Part shown: one piece after another, positions 33,608 to 64,000 of the stretch
Numbering within the stretch: position 1 is the first letter of the stretch
Layout of the letters: every line of letters starts with the position of its first letter
NCBI GenBank assembly: GCA_039621445.1
Contig: CP154954.1
Span: 29,645,411-29,709,410, forward strand
Length of the DNA: 64,000 bases
Direction of reading: 5' to 3'
Origin: Euglena gracilis
Lineage: Eukaryota
Position numbers and translations under genes: made by a program
The notes under the pieces: generated by a model
What the model was told of the DNA's origin: nothing
The model's input: only the letters and a program-made list of their open reading frames with translations
The model's database searches: none

Positions 33608-36183
33608 GTGTAGATCTTCACCATCTTATGCAGACAAACCCTGGGGAAAGGCAAAAATTGGTTTTTGGTTCTCCAATTTTGGTGGTTTTGGTTGGTGGGT
33701 GGTGGGTGGTTTGGGGGGGGTTGGTGGGGGTGGGTGGGTCGACTTTAGGTCATGAGTGTGGGTAGGTTTGGAAAACTTCCCGCTGGGGGTAGGTTTTTTA
33801 AAAAACCGGTCTCTGGTGGGGATAGTGCACCCCCGGACCCAGGTGGCCAACTCGCACTGGGGAAGATTTTTTTCTTGTCAAGTTGCGCAATTGCGCTGTT
33901 TTTTTTCAAATCCCTTGAGCATCAGCGCGGCACTTCAGCTGGTTATAAAACAAAATATGCAATGCACATCTCGCAGTTCACATTAAGAAACACGAAGGTT
34001 TCGAACTAGTTATTCTAACTCTGCAGGCAGATTCATGTTCTTGTCTGGAGTCTGTCAAAATCGGTGGGTTGCACACTCTGCGGGGGGGGGGCGGGGGGGG
34101 TGGGGGGGAGGGGGGGGGGTGGGCGGGGTGGGGGGGGTGGGTGGTGGGTGGGCGGGGGGGGGTAGGGTGTGGAGTTTTGTTTTTTGTTTTTTTTTTTTTT
34201 TGTTTTAAAACAAAAAACCCCTGGTGTAGATATTTACACCATTTCTTTGCCGGGTGCTGCTGGATTACCTGTTGATGGGGGACCATTTTTCCACCATTGG
34301 ACAATGTCATGTTTGCACAATTTACATGAGCTCGGTTTGTGCAAATCTCCAGCAATTAACATTAAGAAACGTTCCGACGTTTGTCGAACCAAGGTTATCT
34401 AACTCTGCCAAAGCAGATTCATCCTCTGTCCCCAACTCACGGTCTTTGCCGCACCCTAGAAGCGTGAAAACCTAGGGTAATTATGACTGTTGTTCAGGGG
34501 AACCCAGGAGTGTTTGATGTGCAAAATTGCGTGCACCAACGTGCTCTTTGTTCCGCCATGGAAGCATGAATCGTTCCCAGAAGTTGTTTGCGCACCCTCT
34601 CGCGCGGTCGCAGTTCAACAATTTGGCCGAACACAAGCCCTCTGAAAGTTTGGTGGGAGTTCCCGACCAGAGGAATTCGATCTTTTTTTAAAGTTTGTGC
34701 GTTTTGTTGGACGGTCACCAAATCCCCAACTGACCCGCTGGTTGGGGGGGGGTCCCGCCGATACCCCCCCCCCCCAGGGGGGTATGGGCATCAGTGGGTC
34801 CCCCTGCATGGGATACTTTTGGAGAGTAGAGCCAAGTTGAGATTTGCTTTGCCCATTAAAAGAATAAAATCCCTTCCTATGGGGGAGATGGGCCCTACTC
34901 GGGAAACTGGTCGTCTGACGTGTCATCCCTTCCCGGGGAAAGCCACCCCCCTGCACCATGTAGGTAAGTGCATTTGTCGCCCTTTGCGCAACTGCACACA
35001 CTGCGTCAATTAGGCATTTTTCATTTTTTTTTGCAAAAAACCTGGAAAAAGCGGATGGTACCGTGCAGACTTGGTCTGCATAACCTGCCCTGGAACGTTT
35101 TTGTATCGCCAAGTTGATTTTTGTCTCGGCGATTGGAAGGGGGTTTCCCAAACACACATTCCAGTGCGTGCGTTGTGCCCCGCATGCTGTGCCAGGGACA
35201 CCTGTCTCCGGGCATTCCTGGGGTTTTTTCCGTGCTTTGCAGTTTTTTGCAAGCATTTTTTTTGCTTGCATTTTGCGACTTGCATAATTACTGGGGTCCC
35301 CACCGGGGCACACTGCAAGGGACCACCTCTGATTGCATTGTACGGGTTTTTTGATCCCAAGTGGGGTGTTTGCCTGAATTTTCTGATTAGGGGGGGCATT
35401 CTGGGTGCATTCCCGGAAACTTGGTCACCTAGGGGGGGGAGATCTGAACTCTTCCTTTTTGACTGGTCATGTTGGAAAGTTCATTGCACCATGCACCTTG
35501 GGAAGTGCATTGTCAAAAGCTGCGCCTACAACTTGCCTGGGGGGAGATGTCCAACGAAGTGATGGTGTTTCGAGGCGCTGGCCCCCGAAACACAGTTTCC
35601 TCGCCCGGGCATGCAGCAACCCTGCCCTGCCCGCAGAATTGCGTTTGCAGCGACCACCTCTTGCAGCAATTTACTTTGGAATCCGGAAGCGTTGCGAAGG
35701 GTCATCTCGCCCTCAACCTGCTGTTCCGTTTTTCTGGGTTGTAACCTGAGTTGCACAGTGGTTGTCCCCAATCTTGTAATCACTTTAGGGATGGCATGGG
35801 TTCCATTTTCTTTTTGCTGCCATCCAAACAAATGAATATTTTGCATATTTACAGTGGTTTTGTATCCGCAAATGAACATTTTTGGATGGTCATTATTTGG
35901 AGTAACAGGGAAAGGGTTTCATTAAGTAATGAATTCTTGAGCAATGTTTTGGGCCGGCTGATTGGGAGCATGACAATGCCCAATAGGAGCAGTTTGTGCC
36001 TGCAAATTCGAAACAGCGAGTGCATGGTATGTGCTGCGAGCAGTGAAACTCATGAAGTACAATTGTGTGCCATAACAATTGCATTGCTGGAATATTCAGG
36101 CAGATGGCCACAAAGATGACACGAAGATGGGACACATGGAACGCAGGTCCGCATGCATATTCGAAACGAAGGAATCCCTGCAG

Positions 36184-39100
36184 TGTTGACGAGATGGCCC
36201 TCTGCCCGTTTTGCTTGTGTCGCTTTGTCCCTTTGCCGCTGCCGCCACGTTGTCCGATGTGTTGCAGGGCCTCAGGTGACTGGAAGTGCCCTTCTCCCCT
36301 CTTCCTGTCCCGCTCTTGTGCTGGCCCGACCTGCCGGGGCTCGGAACTGATGGGGCCCTGCACAGTGCGGCCAGGTTGCCGTGGGGGCTGGAATCATGGA
36401 AAGTGGACGCGCTTTTGGCACCTTGTTGGGTTCCCCCTGTGTATTAACCCTAGTTGGGCAGGATGGATTATTCTTAAGCGGAGATTTTCAAGCTTTTTTT
36501 ATTTTATTTTTTGAGGTTTTTTTTGTTGTCTCTTCAGGTAATTTGATGTTTTTTTTAAAAAATTAGGGCGGTCCAAGGATTGTCTGGGCATCGACCGTTC
36601 AAAATCAAAAAAAAAGTAGAATTTTTTTTTGAGTTTGGTTGGATAGAGAGCATTCCAGTGATGCCGAAAGCATGTTTTCCCCTGGAGTTGGCCTTTTTCA
36701 CCGAGATTTTGCAATTTCAATTTTGCTGTTGGGGAAAAAAATTTTGCCAGTGATTTTTTGAAGGTTTTGAAGGTTTTTTAAAAAAATTCTAAGGCATTTT
36801 GTCAAAATTTTTGGGTTTTTGAGGGGTTTCAAAAGGTTTTCTTAAAGATTTTTAAAGCCTCGAAAATGAGAAAACGGAAGGGGGGCGAGTAGAGCGGGGG
36901 CGCCCATTTTGCAGCTCTTTGGATTCACTGGCATCCTTGAGGGGGCAAACTATTAAACAAATATGCACACACAATGCAACTGCAATTTTTTACGCTTCTA
37001 GACCCCTCCTTACATGCCCTCTTGGCCCTCCTAAGGTTGGCCCCCTGGCCTTACCTTCAATCATGGACAGGCCAAGCGCCCCGGGGGGGGGTACCCAACT
37101 TCGTCATTGGTTCTTGGCATTCGGCACCCGATGAGCATTTTGCCGTTGTGTCTTCTGAAGGGCCCATCCGACCTTGACTGGTGTGCCAAACCCTGGCCTC
37201 CTTTCTGCGATTGCAGGCCCAGCGGCCGAAGCGCATTTGCCTTCGCTGTACGATGCCAACAAAAGGTACCACGAACTCACACACACGATGTTCACAGTCG
37301 ACACAATCTGTCCCGGGCGCAGGATCCTGCTTGCTTTCAGCATCTCCCAACTGTGGTTTACGGAATGAAACAATGCCGAAGCTGAAAGATGAAGATGATT
37401 TGACACCTCGATTGGGGTTCGTGAACAAACGTTAACTGATGGTTCATCTGTCCAGAATGGTGCCGTCCCAAGTTTTGATAACAGCTTGATGCGGATACCC
37501 AAAACAATAACTCCGCCGGAAATGTCTCGTCCACGCAACGGTTGGAAACCCATCCAGAGGCATTTGGATCCGGCAGGGGGTGTGGGGTTTGCCATGGGTG
37601 CACCGCGGGGACTTGGGTCCGCGTTCCAGAGGTTTGAGGGGCGGGTGGCTGGGAGGGGGTTGCTGCCGCCCACTCCGGCCGCCCTTCCCCCTTCAGGCAC
37701 CCACCGAGGCACTCCGCGCCTGGTGGGGCTACCGCCACGCCGGCCACATGGTTTCCTGCTGCCCCGGCCCCGGCGGAGGAGGGGTCCTCGCCCCTCCGTC
37801 TCCCCGCCCACCGCTCGCCCCCGCATCCCATGTAGGGTTCGATATAAGACCCCCATCACCCCCCGGGTATCATTTTTCGCCTGAAGTCCCGGCCCGAGGG
37901 GGGGTACTATTTAGGGGGTATTTTTTTCTTCAAATTTTCGAATTTTTTCGAAGATTCATAAAGGCTCAAAATAGCACCCAAAACCACCCTTTTTAGGGCA
38001 ATTTTGCAGTTTTCACAATATTGTCCTTTTTGGAGGCCAGATGGTCACAAAAATATTTTTGTTTGTTATTTATTGCGTTAATCCTGTTTTTCAACCACAT
38101 TTTTTCGGGCGAAAATCACGGTCAGCGGCCCAACCAGGCTTGTGCTTAGTCGGGTGCCTACCCCACGGGGCGGGGGGTGCTAGGGGCAGGCACCCCATGG
38201 CACCCGATCCGACCCCCCCCCCCCGGGGGGGGGGGAAGGGTTTTGGGGGGTGCCTGCCCCTAGCAGGCACCCCCCTCCGACCCCGGCACCGAAGGCGCCG
38301 GGGGCCCGGAAAAGGCCATTTCCAATGAAAATTTTCTGGGTCCCCCCGGACCCCTATCCCCCCGGGGGGTGTGTGCCTGCAAGGGGCAGACACCCTATAG
38401 CACCCACCCACCCCCTCCCCCCCCGGTTGGTAAGCACAAGCATGGGCCCAACACTCAGGGGTGTATTATTTTTTTCGATTCAAGGGAGGGGGGCTGTTAT
38501 TTGGCACATGCATTATTATTTGGGTGGTATTATTTGGTTGAGGGTTCAGATAACCCCTCCCCGTGGTCACGAACCCCCTGTCCTTACCCGCCCCCCCCCC
38601 CCGGGCAATTGACGCCCCCGGGCAATTGTCACCCCTGGCTGTGCCGCCCATTTGTCACCCCGGGAAATTGTCACCCCCTTCCGTGCTGCCCAATTTGTCA
38701 CCCCCCCCCCCACAGAAGATGTTTGTGAACTTTTTTTCGCCGGCACGACTCGATTGATCCTCTATTTTGCTACAACGTGCTGAGAAATGTCACATTCCAA
38801 ATGCTCTGCACAATATCACAACCATCGCTGCATTTTTGCTTGTTCACTGGTGTTTCAGATGGTGTTCTTGGTCATTTGGATTTAATGTGGCCTACATGGG
38901 TGGGCATTTGACGCCCCCGGGGAATTGACGCCCCCGGGCAATTGACACCCCCGGGCAATTGACGCCCCCGGGAAATTGTCACCCCCCTCCGTGCTGCCCA
39001 ATTTGTTGCGTGACAATTGCCCGGGGGGGGGGGTATGTCAAACCCTGGTCCCATGCCTGGCGTGAGGCACTGCACCCCCTGGCGCTGGAGGCCCCCTGGT

Positions 39101-41347
39101 CGCCTTCTGACCCGGCACTGCTCTTCCGCTGGTTCAATGGCTGCTCAGCGGCGGCCATCCCGACTTGTGGGCCCCCCCGAGACTCTGCGCGGGGTTTGGC
39201 GGGGGTGCTTGGCCCCCGGGTCTTGCCTGCAACTGCGGAGGAGGGCGCCGCTCCCCCAAGCGCCAAACCCAGGCCCAGTCTCGGGGATTCCATCCCCCTT
39301 CCCATCTATCCCTTCCCTTCCCTTCCGTCTCCTTCACACTTTGTCTCTCTCTGGCCCCTCCCAGACCTTTGCTTAAGGATTTGCACAGTGGTCACCCCCC
39401 TCTCCCCGGGACAGCTGGTCCAAAGTCGGCCAGTCCATTTTGCAGTACCCCTGGGGAGGGGGGGTTGCAAAATATTCCAGGTGGGGGAATTTTTTTTCCA
39501 GTGACCGATGCGAAGCGCCGGATTTTTTTTTGGATCCCCAAAACGTGCCGGAAACCCTCATTTTGACGTTTTAGGAACAAAATCAGCAGAACACACCCGG
39601 TCAAATGCAAAGCGCCATGGGGGATACATTTTATTTTCCGGCAAGGCCCCCCAGACCTCCCTGGGGGGAGGGGGGAGGGGTCCCATTACTGAGCTTTCCC
39701 CAGTCGGTCAGTCCGTGACAGTCTCCCGCCCGTCGACCGGCCGGGGTCCTTCAGCCAATGCCTGGCCCCTCCCCTCCACCCGACCCGCCCCCTGGGGCGC
39801 CGTCCCAGGGCCCCCACCCCGGGCGGCCGAGGGGGGCCAGCGGGGGGCCGGCATCCCGCCCAGATTTTCATTTTGTGCGTTGCAGAATTTTTGTGACCGC
39901 GTGCGCCGCGGAATTTTTTTTCTGTGCGCCGCCGCAAACTTCGTCGCGGTGTACTAATTGAAAGTCTGGTCCCGCCGCCGCCCTGCTGGCCCCCTGTCCC
40001 GCTCACGCGGTGCGCCTTGCCCTACCTCAAACGCTTTGGCATTCCGGTGGCCTATGGCTTCCAGCACAAGTCTGGGCTGGGGCAGCTGCTGCAGGTCGCG
40101 TTTGCGGGTGCGTTGCGTCTGGGGCCCGCTGTCACCTCCGGGGAGGTCGTGGGAGGCCTCTGCTTCTGCTCACTGGCCTCCAGAGCGTGAGCATTGGGGG
40201 GTTGGCTCAGTTGTCCATTTTCCTGCACAGTATTGAAGCCCAGATAAAAAGAGAAATTGATTTCATTTATCTGGGTGAGCTTTCTGCCCCATATGGTTCA
40301 AAGCACCCACATTCAGGTTAGTAGGTGTCGGGTGCTGTGGAGGAGGGGGTGGGTATGGTGGTGTTCAGAGTTTGAAGAGATGTGGGGGATTGGGGGATTT
40401 GTGTACAGTTTTTTTGTTGTGCTTTTTTTTGGTTTTTTTTACAGTGAAGGGGAATGTCCAAGAAGTGTTCACCACCCGAGGCACAGGAAAGGAAATTTGG
40501 GGAAATTTGGTCCCCAACACACAGAAGGGAGTTGTGATTTAGGGGAAGGATCCGGGGCTTCCCTACCCCAATGAGGCCGAAGATCAATTCAGCATTTGGA
40601 CCAGGCTTATACTATGTTTGACACATTTTCCAAAAGCTTGAGTGCCAAACGCCAGAGGGGGCATTCAAGCTTTCGGAAAATGTGTCACAACCTCCTGCTT
40701 GCATGCAAACTTTTACCCTGAAGTTGTCCCCCATTCCTGCACCCCCCTCTTGCACAACAAGAGTACCGCCCCATCCCTCGAAGCAGAAGTGTGGGCAGCA
40801 ACCTGCCCTCCTGGGGGGGGCTTGGGACATGATCTGATGTGTGGCCGGGAGACCAAATCCATACATTGCAAACGTTGGCCAAAAAGCCTGACCTGTCTTT
40901 GGCCCCTGCTCTCGGGTAGGACACGCCCTGAAGGGGGCAGGGGCGTTGAATGATCCATCCCCCGGTGGAACCACCCCAATCCCTGCAGCTCCCCACTGCG
41001 GCTGCCAAGGCTGCCAGGGTTTCGCCACCCCGGGCAACGGTGTGCACCGCTCCGCTGCAGCGCTCCGGGCTTCCTGGGGCCTCTCGACGGGGCGGGCCCG
41101 TCCTGTACATACCAGGCTTCTTTTTATGTCAGAAGACCCCCCCCAGGGGAGGGGAGGTGGGGGGTCCGGACCGGACCCCCCCCCCCCCCGGGGGTCTTAA
41201 AAAGAAGCCTGGTACATACCACCCCTGGCCCCCCTCCCTTCCTGCTACTGCAGTTGCTCCTCTGTGCTCCCTCGTCCCATTCACCGCCGGACCGCATTTT
41301 CCTGGCCACCCCGTTCACCGAGGACCGCATCTCTGGCCACACATATG
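36184..41347 (+). CDS. Candidate exons of an unknown multi-exon gene (~36184-36275, 37697-37750, ~39053-39150, ~40000-40094, ~41030-41085, ~41283-41347)
   Basis: Short GC3-rich islands, several with cag| acceptors or |gt donors: APTEALRAWWGYRHAGHM, ALHPLALEAPWSPSDPALLFRWF, PYLKRFGIPVAYGFQHKSGLGQLLQ, DRIFLATPFTEDRISGHTY. Frames and connectivity unverified. Confidence 0.4.
38135..38444. mobile_element. hAT-like MITE, 8-bp TSD GGCCCAAC (nested)
   Basis: TIR CAGGCTTGTGCTTA / TAAGCACAAGCATG (13/14); perfect TSD. Confidence 0.9.
38585..39035. mobile_element. TA-flanked MITE (Tc1/mariner-type ends), GGGCAATTGAC family
   Basis: TA-C(n)-GGGCAATTG inverted ends; second copy at 58763-59249. Confidence 0.8.
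41113..41211. mobile_element. 99-bp hAT-like MITE, 8-bp TSD GTACATAC
   Basis: Perfect 14-bp TIR CAGGCTTCTTTTTA / TAAAAAGAAGCCTG; perfect TSD. Confidence 0.92.
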
Positions 41348-43070
41348 GTTTTTTGACTCCGCCCTGTCGTGTCCCAGAGACGACTTTGCGGCCACACGGG
41401 AAGGTGTGTGCTTCGCTCATCGTGTGGTTGCAATATGCAAAGCAACGTTTGAAAACCGGGAGCAGTTTTCTAAGAAAGGTGGCAACGCAAAATCACAATG
41501 GAGACACGTCAGGGATTTCGGAGCATGCCCCAGAAGGCTCCTGATATTCCTGAACAGAAGAAGTTGGGGTTGCACATATTTGGGTGTATCCACTGGGGCG
41601 AGTCAATTTCAAAGCGTTGCCCCCCCCCCCCCAACGGAGCGAGCGTCCACGTCAAGAGCCTTGCTGTTTGGTTTCACAGGTTTCGCCGGGCCTCTGCAGA
41701 GGCTCCACCGCCGTTTGCTAATTGCCCTCGATGGTCTGAAAATTTGGAACCTTCATGTTCATTGTGTGTGTTCATTGTTCGGTTCGTGTTCATGCATTCC
41801 GGCTGTTTAAAGAGGATATTTAGGGGATCCGAAAGAGTTGCCTAATTAGATTTCAAAACATGGCGTGGCACCGAAGGTAAAAAGAAAGCAAGCCCCCCCC
41901 CCCCCCCGGAGTCCAGGAGTCCAATTTTGCAGGGAAATCACAAAATGCGCAAAGAGAAGGCAGAGACCCCACAACGAATGAAGAGACCCATTGCAAAATT
42001 CTATGAAGGGAGAAACACTTCGGCATAAACAAGGGCAACAGAGGTCGGATTCCCCCATTTCCGCCGAGCCAAAAACTGTTCGCACCTTCTGGAAAGGTAC
42101 CTCTCTTATCCTCCATCATTTTCACTTTTCTCATTTTCCTTTGGTTCCATTGTTTTGGTCGAATGGTTTTTTTCCATCCATTGAAACATACTCTGTTTTT
42201 CTATCCATCGAAGTGAAACACGGTGAGTGCTCTTGGGGGGGGGGGGGCAACGGTTCAAATTTTGAGACCAGGGCGAGTTTTAAGAAGCCCCCCCCCCCAA
42301 TGGTCGCGCTGGCCCTCAACTGCCATTTCTTTGTGAAACTGGTGCCCATTCTGTTGCTTGGTTCTCTGGGAGGGGAGCCCCCAGCGCAGTTTACAGATGT
42401 GAACTATTTCAGAATAGCAAGTTTTTTTCAACGTCGAATGGGAAGCACGTGAATGGAAAACACATTTTTTATGATCATCAAGTGGCGGCCTATAACAACA
42501 ACCTTGCCCCCCCCCCCCCAGGCCCGAGTAGTTGAATTGGGGGGGGGGGTCGTATGGCGGGACCGGGTTCCACTTTCCAGATTTTTCGGCCTGGTTTGCG
42601 AAAAAAAATCATTTTTGAATACACAGAACACCGGAGCCAAGAAAAGCGATTTCCCCCGTTCGATTTTGGAGGGAACAAAACAGTGGGAGTTTTCTCAGGG
42701 ACCCCAAACGCTCAAAGGTGCCATTGTGCAGCTTTTCCCGTGACTTTCCGTCCTTTTGTGGCAGACACTTTTGGGCTGGCTGGGGGGCTCCACCGCCAGG
42801 CTGGTCACTGACGCCCGGGGAAACGGTGCTGTAGGGGGGGGGGGCAGAGTCCAGCCCCAAACCCCGCCCTCTCACCAGTTGCCGTTGCGACCAAAATGAA
42901 ATGATGTGCACGGTTTCCCGTCAACTTGAGTTTGCCCCGGTTCGGGGAACAGAATCCACTCGGGGGACAGAAACCATGTCACTGCTGGTGGGAGTACCTC
43001 AACCCACCGATTTCTCCGGGCGACTCCGCGGGCGGGTCCGCCCAGCCGCTGTCCTCCCCCTCCCCCTGCC

Positions 43071-63494
<20,424 letters not shown>

Positions 63495-64000
63495 CTGGGG
63501 CCCCCCCTGTGCCCCCCCCCCCCTGCCTGGCCCTCACCCCCCCTACACCGCGCCGCCCAACCCTCATCTGGGGTTGGCAGACCTCGGGGTATTTTTTAGT
63601 CTGGGGGGGTGGATCGTGAGCAGCCTGTTCACAATTTACAGGGCGTTGTATTTTGGGGGTTCAAGTAATGCCCTGATAATCGTGAACAGAAACCGTTTCT
63701 ACAAAAAAACCCACATCGGGATCCAGGATTCTGTCTTGGAAACCCAGAAAACAAGAGATGGGCTTAAGTCCAAGCTATTGGGGGGCGCTTTTGGGTTTGG
63801 GAGGGGGACCCGAAGGCGACGGTCCCGCCCCCCCAAAGGCCCCCACAATGCTTGGACCAAAGGCGATTTTCGGTTTAGAGCCTAAGGGTGGATTCCGTTC
63901 AGTTCACCATACCATTCCATCGTGTTCCATTCTGTTTTAATTCTGTGGCCATCTGTTGAAAGCCCTTTGGACGAGTTGCAACAGAGCAACTGAACTGAAT

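Larger units (their letters stand above)
37833..39047. mobile_element. hAT-like MITE (27378 TIR family) containing two nested MITEs; TSD ATCCCATG/GTCCCATG
   Basis: Left TIR TAGGGTTCGATATAAG. The right TIR CCTTA|TGTCAAACCCTG is split at its TA by the 38585-39035 insertion. 7/8 TSD. Confidence 0.8.

Overview
Eukaryotic, repeat-rich and intron-rich DNA, most likely from a euglenid. The evidence is that genes mix GT-AG introns with non-GT-AG 'nonconventional' introns carrying CAG at +4..+6 paired to CTG at -8..-6. Two + strand genes can be rebuilt by hand. The first is a secreted GDSL/SGNH esterase-like gene (2749-24829, with a ~17 kb repeat-filled gap); the 3' end of a tandem copy occupies 1-535, and both copies have NQVN where the catalytic DxxH should be. 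The second is a PIG3-type NAD(P)H:quinone oxidoreductase (MDR family) with a likely mitochondrial presequence (43071 to at least 63494). There are also candidate exons of one or two unknown genes. The rest is mobile and repetitive DNA: at least nine hAT-like MITEs with (C/T)AG...CT(G/A)-type ends and 8-bp target-site duplications (TSDs), TA-flanked MITEs, a TSD-less 1-1.5 kb element with a covarying 3' hairpin, a decayed RNase H/zinc-finger non-LTR retroelement, satellites and microsatellites. Main observation: the 3 nt + 5 nt that flank CAG/CTG in the nonconventional introns equal exactly one 8-bp TSD. Splicing by the nonconventional rule would therefore remove these MITEs without a scar, which makes them candidate introners. 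One nested element (37833-39047) may be such an intron. All splice models were inferred by eye and need RNA confirmation. Most long ORFs in the supplied track are spurious.
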